Assembly (NCBI GenBank): GCA_051252375.1
Contig: JBPOFY010000014.1
Span: forward strand, 1 to 61,466
From: Opitutaceae bacterium
GTDB taxonomy: Bacteria > Verrucomicrobiota > Verrucomicrobiia > Opitutales > Coraliomargaritaceae
Length of the DNA stretch: 61,466 nt
Direction: 5' to 3'
Shown here piece after piece: positions 31,462-40,494 of the stretch. The notes under the pieces were generated by a model that ran no database searches, was not told where the DNA came from, and saw nothing but the letters and a program-made list of their open reading frames with translations. Each line of letters opens with the position of its first letter. Position 1 is the first letter of the stretch. Made by a program: the position numbers and the translations under genes.

Positions 31462-32630
31462 GGCAGTAAACCTTTCACTGCATCCCCATTCATAACAGTT
31501 AATGGGCTAGACCGCAGTCCCCGCCATTTTAGATTCAGCGAAACCAAGCCCTCGAACGTATTTGCGTCTAGCAGCAGTTCACCCTCGGTATTGCCAGCAT
31601 TCGCCAAGGCCAGCAAGGCAGCTCCCTCGGTATCGGAAACATGGTTGCCAACGACTTTGATACCATTGGCACCGACGCAGATGCCGGCACCATGCCAGCC
31701 TCCGTCGCGCTTGCGCACTCCGCGTATTACATTCTCACGTATCGAAATCCGGGGATTTGCATCCGCTTCAGGATAATCAACCTTATCCAAAAGTGCGGTG
31801 ATCGCTCCACCGGAATCTACGATTACGGATTCGATAAGATTCCCCTCGATGAGCACCTCATAGGCCTGTCCTTTTATATCAATTGCTTCGCCCCAATTGC
31901 GCTCATTGCCGATGGCGTAGAAATGGTTTCCCAGCACCCGGATATGATGCGAGCGATCTAACAGTGTCGCCCCCTCTCCAATGTAAACGCCTTCCGCATA
32001 AGGACGACCCGAACTCTCTAAGTTCCCTGAGTGGTGGAAGCGGGAGGCTAGGATAGCGATATCCTTGCTGTTACCGTTAATTTTTAACAGCGTCTGCCCG
32101 GCGTGGTCGATTTCGCAGTTGTAAATTACAATGCCCTGGCAACCGATCATTTTAGAGTCGTCGGAATAAGCCGGACCGATCGTAAGCCCCCACACTTGCG
32201 CCTGCGTAAATTTAAGTCCGGAAAGTATGATATGGCTGGCATTGGAAAGCTTGGCGTTGCGCCCATTGATGCTTCCAGAGAAAATCACCGATCTGGGATT
32301 GATCGCAGCAATGACGATTGGTGCCTCTGGGGTGCCTGATTTGTCGATCACCGAGAGCGAGCCATAGTCTCCATCAGCGAGTAAAATATGGTCACCCGGT
32401 CGTGCCTTTTTGACAGCACGCCTAAGCTGATTGCCAGAATTGACCTCGACCAACCTGAGCGCGACCGGAAGCGTCCACTCCACTTGCTTTGGGGCACCGG
32501 ACACATTTTGCGTCGCAGGCAGCAACAGTAAGAAAGCGAGCAAGCCCCAACTAAACAACGCTCCCAAAAAACCTGCACTCGCCAGACGAGAGCACAATCG
32601 TAGATTAAGTTTGGCTCTCCCTTGATCCAT
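31458..32630 (-). CDS. Right-handed beta-helix protein (putative polysaccharide lyase/modifier), paralogous to the N-terminus of 15593-18754
   Basis: N-terminal hydrophobic segment; ARPGD.I.LADG; PYAEGVYIG, WGEAIDIK shared with paralogue. Confidence 0.8.
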   Translation of the reverse strand: MDQGRAKLNLRLCSRLASAGFLGALFSWGLLAFLLLLPATQNVSGAPKQVEWTLPVALRLVEVNSGNQLRRAVKKARPGDHILLADGDYGSLSVIDKSGTPEAPIVIAAINPRSVIFSGSINGRNAKLSNASHIILSGLKFTQAQVWGLTIGPAYSDDSKMIGCQGIVIYNCEIDHAGQTLLKINGNSKDIAILASRFHHSGNLESSGRPYAEGVYIGEGATLLDRSHHIRVLGNHFYAIGNERNWGEAIDIKGQAYEVLIEGNLIESVIVDSGGAITALLDKVDYPEADANPRISIRENVIRGVRKRDGGWHGAGICVGANGIKVVGNHVSDTEGAALLALANAGNTEGELLLDANTFEGLVSLNLKWRGLRSSPLTVMNGDAVKGLLP

Positions 32631-32659
32631 TATGGCAGTGTTGAGCAGTAATAGGTATG

Positions 32660-34873
32660 CTAAGATTTGGTTGTAGTTTCTGAATGCGTATGAGGCCGAT
32701 TATAGTAATCGCGATAGCGGCCTGCATCTTTCTCAAACCCTTTGGCGTAACTCATCCTGTTGGTGGAATAGCCGACCGCGAGTGCCTCGTTTTTGATACC
32801 ATTAAAGATCACGCCTACAGTCGGCGCGTTACTCGCATCCAGAGAGTAGATCGCATGGTCGACCTTATTTTTGCGGGCGGAAAATTGTCGAACCACAAAC
32901 ACACTTTTATCGGCGAAATCCGCGACGATCAGTGCATCTGGGAAGACCCCCACCGGCGGGGTGTCATAAATAATCACATCATACTGCTGTTTCAACTTTG
33001 CAAATAATGCGGTAGTATCGGGATCTCCAAGAAGCTCAGTTGGGTTCTTATCGACCGCACCTGCGGGTAAAATGTGTAAACGAGGCGACATTTCGACGAC
33101 CCCGAGTGACTTGAGACTCAGCGTATTCATCTCACGATCTCCCCCTTCACCATACCATTGAACCAAACCTGGACGCCCTGCCAAACCAAAGGCGTCTGCG
33201 ATCGCAGGACGGCGCAGATCACAGTCGACCAACAGCACACGGCTGTGTTGATTCGCGATGATCGCCGCCAAATTCGCAGCAACAGAGGACTTACCCTCCC
33301 CAGGGATGGAACTGGTCACCAAAAACGAAATAGGCTGCTTGCCCACATTCGTACGAAGTCGAAGCGCACTATAAATGACCAGAAAGGGTTCCTTTATCAC
33401 GGGAACTTTATTGAACACACCTTGCGAGATATCGCCAAAGGACTTAGCCGTGAAATGTCGAATATCACCAAGCAGAGGATCCGTCGTAAATGATTCGACC
33501 TCGCTGAAGCTCTTGATGCGCGTATCTGCAATTTCGAAGACCAGAGGAACCCCGACAAAAAAGAAGCCCGCAATAAAACAAGATGCCAGAGAAATTTTTA
33601 TAAGGTTCGGAGAAACAGGTCCTTGCGGAATACTGGCATGGTCGAGCGGCCGAATACTATTTAAGTTCATACGTTGGGCCATCGACGTCTCCGTGTAGCG
33701 CGTCGAAACCATATCGTATGCCTCGCGCAGAGCTTCTGCATTGCGCTCCAATACCCGATATTCAATGAGCCGATTCTGAATATCCAGCGAGGCTTGCTCG
33801 GTCTCGTGCAAGAGCTGCTCCAGATCTTCCAACTCCCCAGAGATTGTAGCGTACTCCACAGCAACTTCGTTGCGAGCCTGCTCGATTGACGTCCACAAAG
33901 ACTCACTCACCGCTTCTTGCGACGCCTTGTTTTCTATGACTTTCGGATGCTTCGATAAGTAGACCCCATCGAGCACCTTGTACTCGCGGCGAAGCTCTTG
34001 CAGCTGTGCATAGATTTCTTTGACGTCCTCCCGACCGCCGACAAAGGGCACATTCATCAACACATCCAAATCGTCGCTGGCAGTTTTAATTTGGTTCAAT
34101 CGACTTTGAACACCCACTAGGCGTACTCGCGCATCAGTGACGGCCTCATTGAGCTGCTTGATTTTTTGCGGCACGGTGGCATCGCGGTCGTCGAGCGTGG
34201 CTAAATCATTCGCTACGCGATAGACTTGCAACTTTTTCTCCGCGTTCTCCAGATGTTCACGCATCGCGCCCGACTCAAGCTCTAGAAAGGATACAGCCTC
34301 CGTAGTAGATCGTAGGCGTAAATCTGAGTTATATCGAATATACTGAGCTAGATACGCGTTAGCGATCTCCATGGCCACTTGGGCGTCGGTATAGCTAATA
34401 CTAATGATCAGAGTCTGCGACTGAGCTTCCCAAACAATGTCCAAAAGCTTGCTGATAACCTGTGCACCGGCTTGCGGCGTAGCTTCTTCGCTTCCAGCGA
34501 GAAGTGCTTTCTGAATGTCTGGATCGAGTGACAGGTAAACCATCTCCGATAGAGCCGCACTGCGAATCCGGTCGATGTGGGTGTTCATAAAGGACACCAG
34601 CAAGTTATGGTTCTTTACACCCGTTTCCACGACTTGTTGAACATCCATGATGTTTTCGACGTCCAACTCGACAACCAAAGTGGCGGTCGCCTCATAGATC
34701 TTCGGACGTGTCAGCATGATCGCAGCAAAAGCTAGCGCCACTCCAAGCCCACAGAGCAGACTCAGTTGCCAACGGTGCAGAATAATGTGAACGACTTCAC
34801 GGACGCTCATCAGCTGTTCACTGCCAGAACTTTTGGCAGCCGGGATGGTTTGCTTTTCCATTTGCGGGCTCAT
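32660..34873 (-). CDS. wzc: Wzc/GumC polysaccharide co-polymerase with tyrosine autokinase
   Basis: Two TMs, coiled coil, PGEGKS Walker A, VDCDLRRP, DTPP, Tyr-containing tail. Confidence 0.92.
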   Translation of the reverse strand: MSPQMEKQTIPAAKSSGSEQLMSVREVVHIILHRWQLSLLCGLGVALAFAAIMLTRPKIYEATATLVVELDVENIMDVQQVVETGVKNHNLLVSFMNTHIDRIRSAALSEMVYLSLDPDIQKALLAGSEEATPQAGAQVISKLLDIVWEAQSQTLIISISYTDAQVAMEIANAYLAQYIRYNSDLRLRSTTEAVSFLELESGAMREHLENAEKKLQVYRVANDLATLDDRDATVPQKIKQLNEAVTDARVRLVGVQSRLNQIKTASDDLDVLMNVPFVGGREDVKEIYAQLQELRREYKVLDGVYLSKHPKVIENKASQEAVSESLWTSIEQARNEVAVEYATISGELEDLEQLLHETEQASLDIQNRLIEYRVLERNAEALREAYDMVSTRYTETSMAQRMNLNSIRPLDHASIPQGPVSPNLIKISLASCFIAGFFFVGVPLVFEIADTRIKSFSEVESFTTDPLLGDIRHFTAKSFGDISQGVFNKVPVIKEPFLVIYSALRLRTNVGKQPISFLVTSSIPGEGKSSVAANLAAIIANQHSRVLLVDCDLRRPAIADAFGLAGRPGLVQWYGEGGDREMNTLSLKSLGVVEMSPRLHILPAGAVDKNPTELLGDPDTTALFAKLKQQYDVIIYDTPPVGVFPDALIVADFADKSVFVVRQFSARKNKVDHAIYSLDASNAPTVGVIFNGIKNEALAVGYSTNRMSYAKGFEKDAGRYRDYYNRPHTHSETTTKS

Positions 34874-34925
34874 AATTTTCTAAACCTCTCTAAACTGATT
34901 TCTTTGGGTATGTACTCCTACATCA

Positions 34926-35570
34926 TTAAAATACGCGACGCGGGACAAAGACCACATCACCAGCTCTGACCATGTAGCCTGCCGTCGCGGGAGGAGACGT
35001 GCCCTCCTTCTTCGGCGCTGCTCCGTTGGATTGTAATAACTCATCTACATCCACCCTATCCATAGCGGGTTGGCCAGTAGCCGGATTTGCGCGAGTCACG
35101 ACAAGCGCACTGGTTTTTGCACTCCCAGCGAAGCCACCGGCCTCGGCGACCGCGATCTGTATCGGGAGGCCGTTTTGCCCCGGCGGGATCTCGATCGTAC
35201 CTGGCTTCTCAACCTCACCTAGTACCGTGAGGGTTTTCGGAGCAAACTCCTCGATACTCAGCGTAACGACTGGGTTGCGTAGATACTTCTGATCGACAAA
35301 AGCTCTCTCGATCAATGCGGTTCCTTCCGCGACCGTCAGCCCGCCTACTTTGACCGGCCCCAGCAATGGGACACGCACATCCCCCGCATCTGTAATCAAT
35401 TGTTCTGTCGACAAGTCGGGCTCACCGTGAACCGAGAGTCCAATTTTATCGAAAGGAGATAATTTATAGACGGGAGATTTGACTTCCGCGCAAACAGTAG
35501 AACCGAAGCCTAGAGCTAGAATTAGCAAAGTAAGAAAAGTGCCTGTCTTCATGCTGATCATATTTACCAT
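34926..35570 (-). CDS. Short OPX polysaccharide export protein (Poly_export + SLBB)
   Basis: PLLG.V.VGGLT, VLGEVEKPG, AEAGGF, GDVVFVP; only 214 aa. Confidence 0.9.
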   Translation of the reverse strand: MVNMISMKTGTFLTLLILALGFGSTVCAEVKSPVYKLSPFDKIGLSVHGEPDLSTEQLITDAGDVRVPLLGPVKVGGLTVAEGTALIERAFVDQKYLRNPVVTLSIEEFAPKTLTVLGEVEKPGTIEIPPGQNGLPIQIAVAEAGGFAGSAKTSALVVTRANPATGQPAMDRVDVDELLQSNGAAPKKEGTSPPATAGYMVRAGDVVFVPRRVF

Positions 35571-35595
35571 CCATTTCTAAGGAATTTTCGCTGAA

Positions 35596-36759
35596 TTAGA
35601 AGATAGCAGACAGCCCGACAGCGACCGAACTAGAGAGATAATCTGCTGCAGTGACATTCGAAGATTGATCGCCGTAGAACGCACGTGCGAAAAGTGAGAG
35701 GCGCTCTTCGATCAGCTCATAGCTGACTTCAATCTCGAGCGACCACTCGTCGTCATTACGAAATTCGACTCCCAAAAGATTACTGAAGTCACGCTCTTCA
35801 TAGAGAGCAGTCGCTGTGGCGGTAATCTTTTCGTTGAAATGATGGCGCAGCTCCAGCTCAGCATACAAAGTCTCCGCAGAGATATTCGATGCGATTGTAT
35901 CAAACTCGTTACCCGCAGTCAGTTGCAGTCGGCTGCGCTCATTGATACTCCAGGTCACCTCGACTTCAGCAAAAACGGAATCGTCATCCTTAAAGACGGA
36001 CGCATCAAAATTACGCTCCTGATAGCCAAATTTAATTTCTGTTTTGACGTTGGGGCTGAGCTGCCCTTCCACAGCAAAATATATAGCATCATCATGGCTA
36101 TCGGCCGCGGGTGCTGGGCCGTCAACTTCATCTTTGCGATAGCGATACCCAAAACCGAAAGCAAGATCCTCACTGTATCGATAAAAGAGACTGATCGGCA
36201 GTGAATAGCTAACAATGTCAGCAAAACCCGCAGTCTGCACCTCGTCGTCCTCATACTCGATACCACTTCTAATGTAATAACGTTCAGCTAAATAATAGGT
36301 GCCGGAGAGTCCCAAACGTGTCACTTCTCGCTCCACAATCGCCTGCAAGTTTCCATCGGCTCGTGTGCTCTCATTATAGCCGGCAGTGAAAACCAAATCG
36401 TATGGGGCATCGCCTTCCTCAGCCGGGTACTCCATCACCAAACCACTTTTGAAATTTTCAGAATCGAACTGCGATTGCTCGTCGTACTGCACAACTTCAT
36501 AACCAATAAATGCATCAACCAAAAAAGTTCCCTGATCATAACGGTAGAAAATCTTGGGCAGAACGGTGGCAAGAGTATCACCATCCTCCGAAGAGTTTGC
36601 ACTAATGTTCGAATTATATTCCAGCTCAGCGTCGCCTCCAAACGCTAAAGCGCCCTTGTTACCAAGGGAGACTTCTGAATAGCCGACCTGCCAGGCCAAT
36701 AGAAAGGCGACAACAGTCGAGAGCAACTTTATCGCGTAATTAAGATTAGTTATTTGCAT
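35596..36759 (-). CDS. Outer-membrane beta-barrel protein of the EPS cluster
   Basis: Signal peptide, alternating amphipathic strands, terminal Phe; ATG 36759 chosen. Confidence 0.82.
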   Translation of the reverse strand: MQITNLNYAIKLLSTVVAFLLAWQVGYSEVSLGNKGALAFGGDAELEYNSNISANSSEDGDTLATVLPKIFYRYDQGTFLVDAFIGYEVVQYDEQSQFDSENFKSGLVMEYPAEEGDAPYDLVFTAGYNESTRADGNLQAIVEREVTRLGLSGTYYLAERYYIRSGIEYEDDEVQTAGFADIVSYSLPISLFYRYSEDLAFGFGYRYRKDEVDGPAPAADSHDDAIYFAVEGQLSPNVKTEIKFGYQERNFDASVFKDDDSVFAEVEVTWSINERSRLQLTAGNEFDTIASNISAETLYAELELRHHFNEKITATATALYEERDFSNLLGVEFRNDDEWSLEIEVSYELIEERLSLFARAFYGDQSSNVTAADYLSSSVAVGLSAIF

Positions 36760-36782
36760 AATATTTAGTCCAATTGATCTGA

Positions 36783-38261
36783 TTAACGTGCACCATGCCC
36801 GAATAGCACGACGTGCACTGTCCTCACCATTATAACAATATCGAGCCAAAGCGACCAATTTCTTACGTAGTAAGGATCAAATCGAATCATACCTTCATGC
36901 CCCGCATCACTACGTCCCGAAACTTGCCACATCCCAGTCATGCCGGGCTTCACCCTCTCGCGCAATTGCCGAACGGCCTCAGGTAGCTGATCATAATGAT
37001 AATCGGGTAATGGGCGCGGCCCTATTAGCGACATCTCTCCCCGCAACACGTTGATTAATTGCGGGATTTCATCGAGCGAAGTCCTACGCAAGAACTTGCC
37101 GACACGGGTAATCCGCGGGTCGTTACTCAATTTATAGTGTGCCTCCCATTCCTCGCGCAGTGCGGGATCCTCCTGCAATGCAGCCGCCAGAACTTTTTCA
37201 GCCTCCGGAACCATCGTTCGGAATTTCAGAGTTTCAAAGTGATCGCCCCCTTGCCCCACGCGAACTTGCTTAAAAACCGGATCAGCCCGATCCTCCCACC
37301 AGATCATCGCACAAACCAAGGCATAGAGACTGCCCCATAGCGGTAAGGTTGCCCAGGTCAGCCCTAGCTCCACCGAGCGCTTTAAGATGCGCTTACTGGG
37401 ATCGAGCAGATTGTTCTTAATTTCTAAACTGGGTGTTCCGCTCAAATCCTTGCTGTCCGCCCAAATCGATGGCACGTGGATCAAATTAGGTATGATCATA
37501 ACCCGTAGGTAACTCGACAAGGTGCCTTGCAGCAAATCACTCAGTCGCTCCCCTTCGATCCGGGTAATGGCGACAATGGCAACCGGCACTCCCTCTGCGA
37601 TATCTCTGGTTGTCCCACTGACAGGCACCCCATGAATGCTAGTGCCGAGCAAGGCGGGATTATCGTCAAAAATACAGATAGGGAAATACCCCTGTCCCGG
37701 CTCTTCGCGCAAGTGCTGAACGATGGTTTGTCCAGCCACACCGGCTCCGTAAACTGCGACAGGTAACCCCCAATACTTAGAACGGATAAGCGCACGCTTC
37801 GCCAACATTCGACAAAAAGGGACAAAGGGAACCGCAAAGAAAAATGCCGCTAGAAACGTGAACCGGCTGTTGGCGATCCCACTCTTAGACAGAAACAACG
37901 CCGCTGCGGCTGCGGCAAACACCATAATTATAAGCCCCACCTGCCGCCGCAAAGACTCGACTGTAGACATCCCCCAGCCCGGCAAGAGATTCCAGGCATA
38001 GGCACCAAAGCCCCAAAAAAAGACAAGCCAAAGCACCCAGACAGGATTCATCGGCTCGCCATAAATTGCCCAACGGCACAACGCCGCAAATTCAAAAGCG
38101 AAAATTAAGCTGATCGCATCTGCCAAGAAGAGGACGAAAAAATTGATCGCATAACGGTGAAAGTACCTAAAACCAATGCTAACTTTAGCACTAAAGTACC
38201 ATCCTGAATGTGCCGCGCCAATTTGCACCGCGCCGATTTGTGCAGTATGAAATGCTCCCAT
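36783..38261 (-). CDS. Polyprenyl glycosylphosphotransferase (WbaP-like priming transferase)
   Basis: KFRTM, DPRITRVGKFLRRTSLDEIPQL.NVL.GEMSL.GPRP, PGMTGMWQV. Confidence 0.93.
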   Translation of the reverse strand: MGAFHTAQIGAVQIGAAHSGWYFSAKVSIGFRYFHRYAINFFVLFLADAISLIFAFEFAALCRWAIYGEPMNPVWVLWLVFFWGFGAYAWNLLPGWGMSTVESLRRQVGLIIMVFAAAAAALFLSKSGIANSRFTFLAAFFFAVPFVPFCRMLAKRALIRSKYWGLPVAVYGAGVAGQTIVQHLREEPGQGYFPICIFDDNPALLGTSIHGVPVSGTTRDIAEGVPVAIVAITRIEGERLSDLLQGTLSSYLRVMIIPNLIHVPSIWADSKDLSGTPSLEIKNNLLDPSKRILKRSVELGLTWATLPLWGSLYALVCAMIWWEDRADPVFKQVRVGQGGDHFETLKFRTMVPEAEKVLAAALQEDPALREEWEAHYKLSNDPRITRVGKFLRRTSLDEIPQLINVLRGEMSLIGPRPLPDYHYDQLPEAVRQLRERVKPGMTGMWQVSGRSDAGHEGMIRFDPYYVRNWSLWLDIVIMVRTVHVVLFGHGAR

Positions 38262-38697
38262 GAGATAACGCTTTCTAAGTTAAGTGTTCGAAACCTAAAG
38301 CATGATAACCATTTTACGTATTTTTTACATTTGTATGAAAACTTACGCTTATCTTACACTAAGCATAAATAGTACCGTATCGTATGCTGAATTAGTATTT
38401 TTGCGCTTTTAACTGCGCATATGTTAATTTTGAAGTAACGATGCTAGATTTAGCACTGTAGTACCATCCTGAAGGTGCCGCGCCGATTTGTGCAGTATGA
38501 AATGCTCCCATGAGATAACACTTTCTAAGTTGTGTGTTCGAAACCTAAAGTATGATAACACTTTTACGTATTTTTTACATTTGTGTGAAAATTTACGCTT
38601 ATTCAGACTAAGCATAAATAGTACCGTATCGTATGCTGAATTAGTATTTTTGCGCATTTAACTGCACATATTTTAATTTTGGAATAACGATGCTAGA
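38176..38697. repeat. Imperfect tandem duplication (38176-38440, 38441-38689) of the AT-rich upstream/5' region of the EPS operon
   Basis: Long shared blocks, e.g. taagcataaatagtaccgtatcgtatgctgaattagtatttttgcgc occurs in both copies. Confidence 0.92.
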
Positions 38698-38849
38698 CAC
38701 TCCCAACATGAGCGCAAGTATTTTCTTCTCAAATGCTAAAAATGCAGGCAGCATCCCGAAACTCATGATGAAGAATACGTTAGTGAGTCGCTTCCATCAC
38801 TGGACGCTCAGTGAGGCACGCAAACCGGAATATAACCGCCCAAACGGAC

Positions 38850-38978
38850 CTAAACTAAGAACGCCTTCATCTCGCGCACGGCTTGTTCGACACCGACAAA
38901 GAGCCCACGACTAATGATCGTGTGGCCGATATTCAGCCCATGCAGATGTGGTAGCGTGATGACTTCGTGAATATTGGT
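38850..38978 (-). pseudogene. pdxJ: 3' fragment of pyridoxine 5'-phosphate synthase
   Basis: Manual translation TNIHEVITLPHLHGLNIGHTIISRGLFVGVEQAVREMKAFLV*, matching the PdxJ C-terminal ELNIGH.II.RA...AV.EMK pattern. Confidence 0.8.
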
Positions 38979-39142
38979 CACGCAGAATCACCGAAGAGCA
39001 CCGTATCACCTATAAGCAGTTTGAGCATGTATTACATTTGTTCAAATGCGCTACAACTACAACTAATCGGACAAAGGCAATCGTTAACCCTGACCTCACG
39101 ATCGAGGCCACAAGGCCTATACTACCTGCAATACCGCGACCC

Positions 39143-40480
39143 TTACGAAACGAGTAAATGCTTGTCCAAGTTGCCAGTGCTATCGGCGAACTTATCGGCG
39201 GGAACGTCGAGGGCGCGGAGCATACTGACGTAGAGATTCGAGAGCGGGACGCTTTCTTTGTGCACGGTGTATTTGCCGTGATCGATTCCAAGCTTCTTGC
39301 CACCGGCGAGGATGATTGGATAGTTGCGCGCGTTGTGCACTGTGCTGCAGCAACTGCCATACATTGTCATCGTGGTATCGAGCAGTGGACCGCTTTCGTC
39401 GCTCACCTTGCTGAGACGATCAAGGAAATAGGCATATTGTTTGGCTAGGAATTCATCGTATTTGCCCATGCGCTCAAAGCCGCCTTTGTTGCGGTCGTGA
39501 GAAAGACTGTGGTGACCTTTTAAACCAAGCGCGATGACTGGGAATTTGTCGCCAAAGCCCATGCCGTCTTCGCGAGCGATCATGTAGCTGACCACGCGCG
39601 CACTATCGGTCTGAAAAGTGAGCAGGATGATATCAAACATCGTGCGAATATACTCCTCCGGAGCCTTCTGCGTGATGTCCAAGTTGATGCCGTTGACGTT
39701 GACGTTCTTGAGTGGGACATCGATCCACGATTCGGTGCGCTCAATGCGGCCTTCGACATCGCTGAGCGAGGACATGTATTCGTCCATCTTGGCTTGGTCG
39801 GCGGCACCTAGTTTTCGGTTGAGCGACTTGGTCTCATCCATGACGGCATCGACGATTTTCTTGCCCTGCTGCAACTGCTTGCGACGCTCTTTCTTAGAGC
39901 CATCGGAACCAGCGGCAAAGTAACGCTCAAAGAGTTCACGCGGGCTGGACTCAGTCGGCAATGCCTTACCTGTGTTATCAAAGGAGAGCGTCGAAGCGCG
40001 TGACTTGTAGCCCACCCCGCCATCACATGAAAGCGAAAGGCAGGAGTATCGGGTTTGCTTACCGAGCTCGGCTGCCGCGACTTGGTCGACGGAGATAGAA
40101 TTTTTGTATTCGGAACCGCCGACATCGCCACCAGTTAGCCAAGTATCGCCCGCGATGTGACCCAGCAGCTCACGACTCTTCGGGTGCGAAAGCCCGCCCC
40201 AATAACTGAGTTGCTCACGATAAGGTGCCAGCGCGGCGTGCACTTTATTGAATTTAAAATCGCGCCCTGCTTCGTGCGGAAACCAGTGCCAGTCTTCACG
40301 CGCAGGATTTCCTTCGGGCGGCAAGCTCACACCGTTGGGGGTATAAATAAAACAGGCCCGCTTGGCTAATGCGCCAGTCATCGCTCGGGTTTTCGCGTCG
40401 CGCTCCATCGCTTCCATATAGGGCAAGAAGCAGGCAACACCGATTCCTTTGAGAAATGTTCTTCGACTGAGATGTAACAT
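39143..40480 (-). CDS. DUF1552 domain protein with twin-arginine-like N-terminus
   Basis: LSRRTFLKG, Y.PNG, SISVDQVAA, HH.LSH, ILAGG, FADSTG. Confidence 0.9.
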   Translation of the reverse strand: MLHLSRRTFLKGIGVACFLPYMEAMERDAKTRAMTGALAKRACFIYTPNGVSLPPEGNPAREDWHWFPHEAGRDFKFNKVHAALAPYREQLSYWGGLSHPKSRELLGHIAGDTWLTGGDVGGSEYKNSISVDQVAAAELGKQTRYSCLSLSCDGGVGYKSRASTLSFDNTGKALPTESSPRELFERYFAAGSDGSKKERRKQLQQGKKIVDAVMDETKSLNRKLGAADQAKMDEYMSSLSDVEGRIERTESWIDVPLKNVNVNGINLDITQKAPEEYIRTMFDIILLTFQTDSARVVSYMIAREDGMGFGDKFPVIALGLKGHHSLSHDRNKGGFERMGKYDEFLAKQYAYFLDRLSKVSDESGPLLDTTMTMYGSCCSTVHNARNYPIILAGGKKLGIDHGKYTVHKESVPLSNLYVSMLRALDVPADKFADSTGNLDKHLLVS

Positions 40481-40494
40481 AGTGAGACTTTGGT

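Larger units (their letters stand above)
13644..39289. mobile_element. About 25.6-kb inserted exopolysaccharide island bounded by 150-bp direct repeats; no integrase
   Basis: Flanking direct repeats, truncated foreign gene remnants inside both borders, self-contained cargo. Confidence 0.7.

Noticed and set aside
38424..38914. ORFs 38424-38657 and 38690-38914
   Set aside because: Fall in the duplicated AT-rich region or antisense to the pdxJ remnant; no protein-like features.
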